A stretch of DNA of 64,000 nt from Sedimentisphaerales bacterium (GTDB lineage Bacteria; Planctomycetota; Phycisphaerae; Sedimentisphaerales; SM23-30): the NCBI GenBank assembly GCA_963666285.1, contig OY762711.1; one strand, given 5' to 3'. The notes under the pieces were generated by a model that was not told the DNA's origin, did no database searches, and worked only from the letters and a program-made list of their open reading frames with translations. Below are positions 36,586 through 46,364 of the stretch, in pieces (the first letter of the stretch is position 1; each line of letters begins with the position of its first letter). Made by a program: the position numbers and the translations under genes.

Positions 36586-37155
36586 ATGATAAAAGCTACT
36601 GATATGAAAAAGGGTATGGTGCTTAAAATTGACGGGAAACCTTGTGAAGTCCTTGATTATCAGCATGTTAAGCTTGGTAAAGGGGGAGCCGTACTACAAA
36701 CCAAGTTTAAGAATATTCAGGAAGGCGGAACAGTAAATAAACGTATTCGCTCGGAAGAAACTTTGGAACAGATATTTGTCGAAAAGAAGAAATATGAATT
36801 TCTTTACTCTACTGGTACCGAACATGTATTTATGGATAAAGAAAACTATGATCAGCTTGAATTGCAGGATAGTGATTTTGCTGATGGCCAGGGTACAAAA
36901 TGGTGTAAGGAAAATACTGATGTTGAAATACAATTCCTTGATGGAAAACCATTCAATGTCGTGTTGCCCAATACTGTAGATTTGTTAGTTGTAGATACGC
37001 CACCTGCAATAAAGGGAGCAACAGCTACAAATCAGTATAAAAAAGCAACTCTTGAAACTGGTGCAATGGTTAATGTGCCGCCGTTTGTTGAAAATGGTGA
37101 ATTGATTAGAGTTGACACCAGAACCGAGGAATACGTAGAAAGAGTTAAGAATTAA
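36586..37155 (+). CDS. efp: Translation elongation factor P
   Basis: HVKLGKGGA loop, K.ATLETG...VPPFV..GE.I.VDTRT..YVER. Confidence 0.96.
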   Translation: MIKATDMKKGMVLKIDGKPCEVLDYQHVKLGKGGAVLQTKFKNIQEGGTVNKRIRSEETLEQIFVEKKKYEFLYSTGTEHVFMDKENYDQLELQDSDFADGQGTKWCKENTDVEIQFLDGKPFNVVLPNTVDLLVVDTPPAIKGATATNQYKKATLETGAMVNVPPFVENGELIRVDTRTEEYVERVKN

Positions 37156-37204
37156 CTAGTTTGATGATTGCCTTTTAAATTTAATATTGTATTGTAAATT
37201 TGAA

Positions 37205-37258
37205 ATGATTTATAGATTTTACATTATTGCCATTAGCATTATTATTCGTTACCAATGA
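37205..37258 (+). CDS. Isoleucine-rich attenuator leader peptide (MIYRFYIIAISIIIRYQ)
   Basis: 17 codons, 7 of them Ile (all ATT), directly before the attenuator hairpins and cimA; not in the ORF track. Confidence 0.85.
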   Translation: MIYRFYIIAISIIIRYQ

Positions 37259-37325
37259 TTGGTCTGCGGCGATAATTACATGTAAGCAAATTATAAGCCT
37301 CGGACCTTATCCGGGGCTTTTTTTT
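37238..37325 (+). promoter_or_regulatory. Ribosome-dependent transcription attenuator (protector / antiterminator / terminator)
   Basis: Terminator AAGCCTCGGA-CCTTA-TCCGGGGCTT + T run (37295-37325); GGTCTGCGGC (37261-70) can pair with GCCTCGGACC (37297-306); protector ACCAA/TTGGT plus ATTATTCGTT/GGCGATAAT overlaps the Ile codons and stop. Confidence 0.85.
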
Positions 37326-37396
37326 GATTGATATAATAATTAGTTAATACGCAGAATTGCTGTAGAATAAACATTAATGACAGGAGGTTGTAACTA

Positions 37397-38983
37397 ATGT
37401 CAAAAGAGCCAGTGAAATGTCAGGTACCGGCTGGAAGAGTGGAAATTTATGATACTACTCTCCGTGACGGAGCTCAGGGAGAAGGGGTTTCCTTTTCCCT
37501 ACAGGATAAAATTGCGATCTCAAAGAAGCTTGATGAGTTACGGGTCGATTATATAGAAGGGGGATATCCTTTAAGTAATGCCAAAGACGAAGCATTCTTT
37601 AAGGAAATTCGTAAAATTAACCTCAAGCATAGTAAAATTGCTGCATTTGGTATGACTCGCAGACGTGGTGTTAAAGCTGAAGAAGATACATGTCTTTTGG
37701 CACTTCAGAAATCTCTCGCTCCAGTTGTCACTATCGTTGGTAAAGGCTGGGATATGCAAGTCAAGGAGGTCCTGGGCGTATCTCTGGATGAAAATATGCA
37801 GATGGTTGCTGACTCCTGCAGATTCCTGAAAAAAAAGAAGCGTGACGTGTTTTTTGATGCAGAACATTTTTTTGACGGATATAAATCAAACCCTGAATAT
37901 AGCTTGAAGGTATTACAGGCAGCTGCAGAAGCCGGAGCTATCCGTTTTATTTTATGCGATACTAACGGCGGAAGCATGGTTCATGAAATTGAAGAAATTA
38001 CCGCTGAAGTTGTTAATTCGCTTGGCATAGAAGTTGGAATTCACGCTCATAATGATTGTGGACTTGCTGTGGCTAATTCTTTGGCTGCGGTAAAAGCAGG
38101 TGCTGTCCAGGTCCAGGGGACATTTAATGGCTTAGGTGAACGTTGTGGCAACGCTGATTTATGTTCTGTGATACCCAATCTGGCATTTAAGTTTAATAAG
38201 ACAGTTCTTAATAAGTCTGCTCTTACTAAACTGACTGAAGCATCCAGATTTGTTTATGATACAGCTAATATCAACTTACCAATTAACCAGCCTTTTGTTG
38301 GTGCATCGAGTTTTACGCATAAAGGCGGCATGCATGTCCATGCTATACAAAAAGCTACTAAAACTTATGAACACATTGAACCAGAGATGGTTGGCAATAC
38401 CAGAAAAATAATTGTTAGCGAATTATCAGGGGCATCAAATCTACTTGCTAGAAGTGAAAAATTAGCAAATTTGAAAGATAAAAATATTGTTAAAAAGGTA
38501 TTGCAGGAAGTTCAGGATTTGGAGAATGATGGATATCAATTTGAAAAAGCAGATGCTTCATTAGACTTGATTATTCACAAGCATCTCGGTAAAGAAGAGA
38601 CATTTTTTGAACTAGACCATTATCGTTCAATTATTCTAAAAGATAATAGTTCCAATGAAGCTATTTCAGAAGCAACAGTAAAGTTGAGAGTGAATGGAAA
38701 GGTTGAGCATCGAGTTGCTGAAGGTGATGGTCCGGTTAACTCGCTTGATGCAGCGTTGAGGCAGACGCTGATTCCTCATTATCCAAAATTAAAAGAAATG
38801 CAGCTTGTAGATTATAAGGTAAGAGTTGTTAATTCAAAAGGTGCCTCAGCAGCAAAGGTATGTGTAGTAATTGAATCCAGAGACAATGAAAGCCATTGGG
38901 GTACTGTAGGCGTCTCTGAGAACATTATTGACGCCTCCTGGCAGGCTCTTGTAGATAGTTTTGTTTATAAACTATTGAAATAA
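37397..38983 (+). CDS. cimA: Citramalate synthase
   Basis: YDTTLRDGAQGEGVSFS..DK, YIEGGYP.SN, AAFGMTRR, FDAEHFFDG, LCDTNGG, HKGGMH, WGTVGVSENII.ASW.AL. Confidence 0.93.
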   Translation: MSKEPVKCQVPAGRVEIYDTTLRDGAQGEGVSFSLQDKIAISKKLDELRVDYIEGGYPLSNAKDEAFFKEIRKINLKHSKIAAFGMTRRRGVKAEEDTCLLALQKSLAPVVTIVGKGWDMQVKEVLGVSLDENMQMVADSCRFLKKKKRDVFFDAEHFFDGYKSNPEYSLKVLQAAAEAGAIRFILCDTNGGSMVHEIEEITAEVVNSLGIEVGIHAHNDCGLAVANSLAAVKAGAVQVQGTFNGLGERCGNADLCSVIPNLAFKFNKTVLNKSALTKLTEASRFVYDTANINLPINQPFVGASSFTHKGGMHVHAIQKATKTYEHIEPEMVGNTRKIIVSELSGASNLLARSEKLANLKDKNIVKKVLQEVQDLENDGYQFEKADASLDLIIHKHLGKEETFFELDHYRSIILKDNSSNEAISEATVKLRVNGKVEHRVAEGDGPVNSLDAALRQTLIPHYPKLKEMQLVDYKVRVVNSKGASAAKVCVVIESRDNESHWGTVGVSENIIDASWQALVDSFVYKLLK

Positions 38984-39147
38984 CTATAATTATGTAATGT
39001 CAGTATTGTTGCAGATTTATTAATTATAGCCATAAAATTTAATAATTGCACCACTATGGATAGATGTTATATTATATGTTATTATTATCGTAAAACATTG
39101 TAACTTAGATATTTATTTACTTGATTAAGGTATAACGGCAAATTATA

Positions 39148-40458
39148 ATGCGCTCCATGATTAGGCGAAGTTTAGTACATGAAGGGTCAGGTCAGCTGAC
39201 ATATGAAATTCGTGAGATTGTTAACGTTGCTAATGATCTTGCTGATTTAGGCGTAAATATCATTTGGGAAAATATTGGTGATCCTATTGCAAAAGGTGAA
39301 CCGATGCCTAAATGGATAAAAGATATTATTGCTGATCTCGTAAAGCAAGATATAACATATGGTTATGTATCAACGCAGGGTGTGCGTGACACGCGTGAAT
39401 TCTTGGCCAACCAGGTTAATATACGTGGTGGTGCTCAAATTACTGCTGATGATATTGTCTTTTTTAATGGATTAGGCGATGCTGTAGCAAGGTTGTTTGG
39501 TTTTCTTAAACGTGAAGCTCGTGTTATTGGTCCGTCTCCGGCATATTCTACGCATTCATCTGCTGAAGCTGCTCATAGCGGCTATGAACATTTAACTTAT
39601 GAGCTTGACCCTAATAACGGCTGGATGCCGGACTTAGTGGATTTAGAGAATAAAGTTAGATATAATGACTCTATTGCCGGAATCTTGTTGATTAACCCGG
39701 ATAATCCGACAGGGGTAGTTTATCCCAAGGAATTTCTGGAAAAAATGATTGATATCGCCAGACGCCATAAAGTTTTCATTATGTGTGATGAAATCTATTC
39801 ACATATTGTGTATGGGGGAGCTAAAACTGCTCATTTAAGTGAGATTATTGGCGATGTTCCCGGAATTGCGCTCAGAGGTATTAGTAAAGAATACCCATGG
39901 CCTGGAGGCAGATGTGGATGGATTGAAGTTTTTAATCAGGATAAATATCCAGATTTTAAGGCATATATAAATTCGGTAATAAGTGCCAAAAGACTTGAAG
40001 TATGTTCGACAAGTTTACCTCAATATTCTATTCCGTTAGTAGTTGGAGATGAACGATATATTCCGCATCTGGAAAAAAGAAAATCGATGTTCGAAGAAAG
40101 GGCTGATGAATTTTATAATACATTTAACGGAGTACCTGGTATAACTGTTGTTAAGCCGCAAGGAGCTTTTTACGCTTCTGTACTTTTTGATGATGGTATA
40201 TTAAGTGATAGCCAAAGATTACCGATTAGTAATAAAAGAGCAAAAGAGTATATAGAAAACAAGATAGCAGATGTCGCGCCTGATAAGAGATTTGTATATT
40301 ATCTACTGGCGTCCACAGGAGTATGTGTAGTTCCTCTTACAGGTTTCTGCTGTGATAAGAAAGGTTTCAGGGTGACATTACTGGAATGTAATGATGAGGC
40401 CAGGAATAATACCTGGAAACTCATTACAGATTCCATTCAAACTTATATAAGTAGTTGA
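39148..40458 (+). CDS. PLP-dependent aminotransferase class I/II (AlaA-like)
   Basis: NIGDP, INPDNPTG, DEIY, GISKE..WPG.RCGW. Confidence 0.92.
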   Translation: MRSMIRRSLVHEGSGQLTYEIREIVNVANDLADLGVNIIWENIGDPIAKGEPMPKWIKDIIADLVKQDITYGYVSTQGVRDTREFLANQVNIRGGAQITADDIVFFNGLGDAVARLFGFLKREARVIGPSPAYSTHSSAEAAHSGYEHLTYELDPNNGWMPDLVDLENKVRYNDSIAGILLINPDNPTGVVYPKEFLEKMIDIARRHKVFIMCDEIYSHIVYGGAKTAHLSEIIGDVPGIALRGISKEYPWPGGRCGWIEVFNQDKYPDFKAYINSVISAKRLEVCSTSLPQYSIPLVVGDERYIPHLEKRKSMFEERADEFYNTFNGVPGITVVKPQGAFYASVLFDDGILSDSQRLPISNKRAKEYIENKIADVAPDKRFVYYLLASTGVCVVPLTGFCCDKKGFRVTLLECNDEARNNTWKLITDSIQTYISS

Positions 40459-40489
40459 TTTAGACTTTGTATCAGTTAAGGAAATTACA

Positions 40490-41410
40490 ATGCGAATAAT
40501 TGTAAGAAGAGGTTATACCTTAATTTACGACAAAAGATTTGAAAAAGGGCCAGTAAATATAGGCCGTCGCAGAGAATGTAACATTTCCTTGCCAGACCGT
40601 GCGGTCTCCAGAAAACATGCTACTTTATTAATGGATAGAAATGGACATTGGTATGTCCAGGATATGGAGTCTGCAAATCAGACACTGGTAAATGGTAAGC
40701 CCGTATCAAGAGTTCCATTACGTGAAGGTGATGTAATAAATATTGCAGACTTTACTTTGGAAATTCATTTTGATGATATAAAACCTGAATTGGAACAGGC
40801 TGTTGAAAATATGGAGGATCATATTTTTGATCCAAAATTATCTTCTTCTGATACAGTTATAGGCCAGAATATTCAAGGTAATATTTATTCCTGTTCATGT
40901 CGGTATGATAGGATAATAGAATTAGCACCGAGACATCTTAAAGATTTTTATGATATAAATCTTTCGTTATTCAATCTGACAGACGAAGAATCTTTCCTTT
41001 CAGAGTTCACTAAAGTATTAAAGGACCAATTCCAGGCTTCTCATGTCTGGGCGGGTTTACGTGAAACTACCACCGGTCCATTGACTTGTCACTACGGAAG
41101 AGGGCGGGGTGGAGCACGTTTAGATATGAGCGGAATGCCGGGTAAACATATAATTCGCCAGGCTATTGAAACTGAAAAATATATATTAGTACCAGACTTT
41201 CATGATAGCTTTACTCCTGAAGACACACGGTTGCCGGATGCAACATATGTCCTATCGGCAATGGCAGCTCCTATAGTAGCTCCAATTGGAATATATGGAA
41301 TAATATATATTGATAACTGGAAGGATAGCAGACCTTATGACAGATTTGATCTTGATTATTTGACTTTGCTCAGTATCCAGATAGCTGCTTTTTCGGAAAA
41401 GATTGGATAA
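40490..41410 (+). CDS. FHA domain + GAF domain protein
   Basis: IGR....I.L....VSRKHA...D..SANQT.VNG FHA; SAMAAPI.....YGIIYIDN GAF. Confidence 0.88.
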   Translation: MRIIVRRGYTLIYDKRFEKGPVNIGRRRECNISLPDRAVSRKHATLLMDRNGHWYVQDMESANQTLVNGKPVSRVPLREGDVINIADFTLEIHFDDIKPELEQAVENMEDHIFDPKLSSSDTVIGQNIQGNIYSCSCRYDRIIELAPRHLKDFYDINLSLFNLTDEESFLSEFTKVLKDQFQASHVWAGLRETTTGPLTCHYGRGRGGARLDMSGMPGKHIIRQAIETEKYILVPDFHDSFTPEDTRLPDATYVLSAMAAPIVAPIGIYGIIYIDNWKDSRPYDRFDLDYLTLLSIQIAAFSEKIG

Positions 41411-41484
41411 AGCAATACACCGCTAAAAGTACATTATATAATGTTTGAGATTGTTAAGTTTTTTACAATACGCAGGGAATTAAA

Positions 41485-43902
41485 TTGAAAAAAGAAATCC
41501 TTATAGGTCTATCGTTTATAATCTTGTTTTCATTTCATGCCTTAGCTGGGTTTCAGCCGGATGAAACACTTTTAAAATTGGCACATAGTGAATGGAATGA
41601 TGTTCAGCTTCAATCTTATGATTTGCATAACAGCAATTTTACTAATGAGCAAATGGAATATAAAGTCAGACAGGCAGTTATCTGGCTGGAAACGGCACAA
41701 AGGCTTGTAGGCAGCAATGCTGAGGTTTTTGAAAACTTAGAGTATCTCTATCGATCAGAAATGGTCAATGATCCGGGCAGAGCAATGGATGCCTTATCAA
41801 AATACAGCGACCTTAAACCTAAAGATAATCTTTGTGTTGATGGGTGGATGAAATACAGATTAGGTCAGTTAAATCAAAGAAGCCGACGGGATTATTTTAT
41901 TGAATCAATGCAGCCGAATTTGACCGAATACCCGATGGTGTTGTCAGACATGTTGACTTTACGCGGTATTTTTGCTGCCGAACAGGGAAATATCGATAGT
42001 GCCGCAATTATGTTCGAGAATGCATGGAATTTATGGCCATATAATGTTGATGCTGGGGCCAGGTTGCTGTCTCTTCCTTTATTGCAAGTAGACACAGAAA
42101 ATCCTTCGATTTCAGCAGAAGAACAAGAAAGTATAAAACTTCAGATAGAGCAAAATCATCTTCTTAGATCTATTTATTATCGCGTTATGTGTTTGACAAA
42201 TAACCCGAATAACATTGATATGGCCATAGAGTTGGCTGATTTATTATATTCATTAAATAAATTTGATAAAGCCGCTCAATTCTATTCTCATGGGATCAAA
42301 CTACTTGAACTAAGCGATAATGAAAATAGTAGTGCCGTCTTGAATGGCTTAATATTTAAGCATGCAATATGTATGTATAATATTGGAAGATACCAGGAAT
42401 GTATCAATATCCTTTCCAAAATTCAAGTGACTGATTTGGATTTGCCTACAACTGCCTTACAGATATTAGCCTTAAAAAAATTAGAGAATAATGTTGATGC
42501 TAATGAATTAATCAAGTTGGTAAATTCTTACGTAGATAGTTTGAATATCGAAAATATTGATAAAGAACAATCGAACCGGATTTATATCGATTTGGCCTGG
42601 TTATATTGCTTCGCAGCGGATGATATTGAGAAAGCAAAATCGTATGCAGCGAAGGTAGTTTATGAAAATGACAATCCTCCATCTTTAATTGTTTATATAA
42701 ACTACATATCTGGTGTCTTACAAGATAATCAATCTATCGTTGATAACTACGTAGGAGAAGATCCCCTCTCAATCTTTACGGCTGCCTTGTTAGATCTCAA
42801 TAATAGCAAATCTGCCGAGGCTTTAGATAAGCTTGAGCATGCAATTAATTCATCTCCAGGGGTTCTTTATTGTTTTATTAAAGATAAAATCAGTCAAATT
42901 AATAATCAAAATGTTCCCGATGTTGCCCAGCAGGATGTCATAGATTCAATCTTCAAGCTATTCTCAAATGAAATACTGGATATTGCTTTCAACCCTGAAA
43001 AATATATACAGTACAGTATCAATTCTGGCCAGAAAGTATATAAATATAATGACGTTATCGTTGCGGATATTTCAATAACCAATATCTCCCAGGTTGACCG
43101 CATAATTGGTTCTTCGGCACTGATAGACCCTTATGTATATATTTATGCTGAAATAGCTCCGGTATTAAGTGGAGATATAAAACCTAAAATATATCCGATT
43201 ACGTTGAGATATCTGGCTCAAGAGCCGGTACTGCGACCTGGTTTTTCTAACACTGTAAAAGATGTTTTCAGTATCGGAAAGGTAGATGATATATTAAGTA
43301 TTTATCCTCAAATGGCTTATGAAATAAAATATTACTGTATCCCATCGCCGTATATTGAAAATGGAAAAGTTTTTTCAAATACCCCTAAACTGATCCCCGA
43401 ACCTGTTGCTGTTGAGAGACGGGCATTTAACCCTTCGCCTCAAAGAGTTTCAAGTTATTTCAATATGCTGCGTTCTGGGCAACCTGATGAAAGAATTGAG
43501 GCTGCAAATCTATTCGCTTCAATCTTAGGTGAAAATAAACTAGCATCAAAAAACAAATTGTTTTACCAGTCGGCCAAGCTTGACTACAAAAAGACAATTT
43601 CTTCGATTGTAGCTAATTTATCTCACGAAAATCCCTCAATACGTGCATGGACGATTTATTCTTTGAGAAGATTACTCAAGGATGACAAATATATTCTCAA
43701 CGCAGTTACAGCTAAGCTGGACGATCCTGACTGGCTTGTCAGATTGATGGCATTAAATGTTCTGCATGATGCAGTAAATATTGACTCAGTTATTAAATGG
43801 TTTGCTGAAAATGAGAAAGATGAGACAATTCTCAGACAAATTCATTTATGGCAGGGTAAGGAATGGGAGATAATTGATTTACCTTTTGATATACCTGAAT
43901 AA
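41485..43902 (+). CDS. Exported protein with TPR-like and C-terminal HEAT repeats
   Basis: Signal peptide after TTG start; helical repeats; LDDPDWLVRLMA HEAT motif. Confidence 0.7.
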   Translation: MKKEILIGLSFIILFSFHALAGFQPDETLLKLAHSEWNDVQLQSYDLHNSNFTNEQMEYKVRQAVIWLETAQRLVGSNAEVFENLEYLYRSEMVNDPGRAMDALSKYSDLKPKDNLCVDGWMKYRLGQLNQRSRRDYFIESMQPNLTEYPMVLSDMLTLRGIFAAEQGNIDSAAIMFENAWNLWPYNVDAGARLLSLPLLQVDTENPSISAEEQESIKLQIEQNHLLRSIYYRVMCLTNNPNNIDMAIELADLLYSLNKFDKAAQFYSHGIKLLELSDNENSSAVLNGLIFKHAICMYNIGRYQECINILSKIQVTDLDLPTTALQILALKKLENNVDANELIKLVNSYVDSLNIENIDKEQSNRIYIDLAWLYCFAADDIEKAKSYAAKVVYENDNPPSLIVYINYISGVLQDNQSIVDNYVGEDPLSIFTAALLDLNNSKSAEALDKLEHAINSSPGVLYCFIKDKISQINNQNVPDVAQQDVIDSIFKLFSNEILDIAFNPEKYIQYSINSGQKVYKYNDVIVADISITNISQVDRIIGSSALIDPYVYIYAEIAPVLSGDIKPKIYPITLRYLAQEPVLRPGFSNTVKDVFSIGKVDDILSIYPQMAYEIKYYCIPSPYIENGKVFSNTPKLIPEPVAVERRAFNPSPQRVSSYFNMLRSGQPDERIEAANLFASILGENKLASKNKLFYQSAKLDYKKTISSIVANLSHENPSIRAWTIYSLRRLLKDDKYILNAVTAKLDDPDWLVRLMALNVLHDAVNIDSVIKWFAENEKDETILRQIHLWQGKEWEIIDLPFDIPE

Positions 43903-44158
43903 TAACACCCCTTGTTGTGTAAGTGTCATATTTACAGGTGGTTACATGTGGTGATTGGCTTTCATGCTCAAAATATCCATAATTATTACTCGGGATATCA
44001 TAATATCAGCAATTATTATAGATATTTTGGAATTCAAACTAAAAAAAACTTGTCATAATCTTCTAAGCAAACTAAAATCATTGAGAATATACTTTTGATG
44101 TAAATTATTTATATTTCGATTGTTAGTAACAAGCCAAAAGCTTGAAAGTGAGGCATAA

Positions 44159-44521
44159 ATGGAACCTGGAATACCAAAAATTGAAGTCAACCATCATGAC
44201 GGTGTTGTTCAAGTTGAGTTTCTTGTTGAAGAAATTCTTGAAGAAGCTGTTATTACTGATATAACTGATACTATTCTTCAATTAGTGGAAGATAATCCGG
44301 GTCTCAACTTGTTAATCAGTTTTAAAAATGTGGCTCATTTCAGTTCTAGCGCTTTGGGAATGTTGATACGTATACATAAACGCATTGAAGAAGTAAATGG
44401 AAAGTTACGTTTATGTAACATTGTTCCAACGTTATATGAGATATTTGTAATTACAAAGTTAAACAAACTCTTTATGATTTTTGAAAAGCAAGATCAGGCC
44501 ATTAAGAGCTTTGAAAGATAA
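44159..44521 (+). CDS. STAS domain anti-sigma factor antagonist
   Basis: F.NV.HFSSSALGMLI......G.LRLCNI......F.ITKL. Confidence 0.9.
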   Translation: MEPGIPKIEVNHHDGVVQVEFLVEEILEEAVITDITDTILQLVEDNPGLNLLISFKNVAHFSSSALGMLIRIHKRIEEVNGKLRLCNIVPTLYEIFVITKLNKLFMIFEKQDQAIKSFER

Positions 44522-44524
44522 GTA

Positions 44525-44941
44525 ATGTGTGATATGAGCTCATATACTGAAATCACGGTTCAGAGTTCTCTGGAGAAACTGAGAAGTATCGAAAACCAAA
44601 TTTTAGATACAGCCGAACAGTCCGGTTTTAACTCTGCTGATATGTTTGCCATCCGCTTATGCCTGGAAGAAGCATTAACAAATGCGGTCAGGCATGGTAA
44701 TCATGAAGATATGACCAAATCTGTAACTGTTAGATATCGTCTAACAGAAATCGAGTTGGAAATTATTGTTGAAGACCAGGGTAGCGGGTTCAATCCGAGC
44801 CAGGTTCCTGATCCAAGATGTGAGCAGAATATTTCTAAACCTGGTGGTCGCGGTTTATTATTAATGAAGTCTTATATGGATAAAGTTGAATACCTTGGAA
44901 GGGGTAACATTGTTCATCTGATAAAAAGGAGAAACAGGTAA
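44525..44941 (+). CDS. RsbW-like anti-sigma factor / serine kinase (HATPase_c)
   Basis: EEALTNAVRHG, VEDQGSGF, GGRGL.LM..YMD.VEY. Confidence 0.92.
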   Translation: MCDMSSYTEITVQSSLEKLRSIENQILDTAEQSGFNSADMFAIRLCLEEALTNAVRHGNHEDMTKSVTVRYRLTEIELEIIVEDQGSGFNPSQVPDPRCEQNISKPGGRGLLLMKSYMDKVEYLGRGNIVHLIKRRNR

Positions 44942-44980
44942 TTTGTATAGTATATTGCTTGCAAATGGTGTTTATTGATT

Positions 44981-45328
44981 ATGAACAATTTTGATATTAA
45001 AATTAATAATACTCCAGATTACTCTGTAATTACACTTATTGGTCAGGCTGATATGCTGGTGGTAGAAAAGTTAGATAAAGCTTTTAATGCATTATTGAAA
45101 ACTCCTGAAGTTAATATAATAGTAAATCTCCGGGATTTAGATTTTATATGTAGTATTGTATTGAGCTGTTTTATTCGAGCCCATCGTGAATGTGGAAAAA
45201 TTGACGGAAAACTCATTTTTGCTGAGATTCCGGATTCTATTCTAAAATTATTTCATACAACACAGCTTGATACATTTTTTACCTTAAGCGATACTGTAGA
45301 GCAGGCATCGCATGACTTATGTAAATAG
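44981..45328 (+). CDS. STAS domain anti-sigma factor antagonist
   Basis: IIVNL..LDFICS..L; F.TTQLD; ATG at 44981. Confidence 0.85.
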   Translation: MNNFDIKINNTPDYSVITLIGQADMLVVEKLDKAFNALLKTPEVNIIVNLRDLDFICSIVLSCFIRAHRECGKIDGKLIFAEIPDSILKLFHTTQLDTFFTLSDTVEQASHDLCK

Positions 45329-45343
45329 CAGGAGACTACTGTT

Positions 45344-46015
45344 TTGGTTTTAAGACAATATCAATCATGGATGATTTTACTTGTGGCAATGGTATTTCTG
45401 CTTGGTGGTTGCGCTGATGAAACTATGTATTCGCAAGCAGATCCAAAACCTACTTTCCAGCAGGTATTTGATATTCCGGGAGCTAACCACTCATCGAAAG
45501 ATTTGTATGGCATAAATAATAACAATACTTATAGACCTCATCAGTGGGCGCCTCCTGCTGATTTAGAGGGGACTCGAAGGTGGGATGGAATAATTATCCA
45601 TCATTCTGCAACCGATTTTGGTGATGCGATGACTTTTGATGTTTCGCATAAACAAAGGGGATGGGATGAGTTAGGTTATCATTTTGTAATTGATAATGGT
45701 AACAACTCAAACGGCAACCCAGATGGGCTAATTGAAATTGGCTCTAGGTGGCTTAAACAAAAGCATGGAGCACATTGCAGAGTACGTCTTGATGATGATA
45801 ATTATTGGAATGAACATTATATAGGAATATGTCTTGTTGGTAATTTTGAGAAACATTCTCCTACTGAGGCACAGTACAAAGCATTGCAAAATTTAGTTTA
45901 TTTCCTGAAGAATAGATATAATATTACATCGAGCAAAATAATCGGTCATAGCGATGCTGATAAGGGTACAGTGTGCCCCGGCAGATTATTTAATTGGAAA
46001 AAAGCTAATTTATAA
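45344..46015 (+). CDS. N-acetylmuramoyl-L-alanine amidase (Amidase_2/PGRP-like), probable lipoprotein
   Basis: LLGGC lipobox; IIIHHSAT, LGYHFVI, GAHC, IGICLVGNF, GH.D...T.CPG. Confidence 0.9.
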   Translation: MVLRQYQSWMILLVAMVFLLGGCADETMYSQADPKPTFQQVFDIPGANHSSKDLYGINNNNTYRPHQWAPPADLEGTRRWDGIIIHHSATDFGDAMTFDVSHKQRGWDELGYHFVIDNGNNSNGNPDGLIEIGSRWLKQKHGAHCRVRLDDDNYWNEHYIGICLVGNFEKHSPTEAQYKALQNLVYFLKNRYNITSSKIIGHSDADKGTVCPGRLFNWKKANL

Positions 46016-46042
46016 TCACTATTTACGTGGTACTACATAATA

Positions 46043-46306
46043 ATGGCAGAATATTCAAAATATCAGCAAAATTTAATTAAAAACTACTATGAGAACCTTG
46101 ACGCAATATCAATTCAGAAATTGCAGGAATTAGTAACGGAATTGTATCTTTGTGAATCAGAAAAAAAGATGAATATGCTATGGCAGCGTGTTGAAAAAGC
46201 GATGATTAAAATGAAAATTCATCCTCAGATTCAGGAACATATATTGGCAAGAAAAGATGTTAAAGTGCTTGCAAATAATGTTGAGATGTGGCAGAAGAAA
46301 AAATAA
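46043..46306 (+). CDS. Small hypothetical protein
   Basis: 87-aa ORF in an operon-like position with normal composition. Confidence 0.7.
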   Translation: MAEYSKYQQNLIKNYYENLDAISIQKLQELVTELYLCESEKKMNMLWQRVEKAMIKMKIHPQIQEHILARKDVKVLANNVEMWQKKK

Positions 46307-46364
46307 AAGTCACACATAATATTTTAATATTGTAACCGTAGAGATTACAGGTTAGGAGTTTTAT

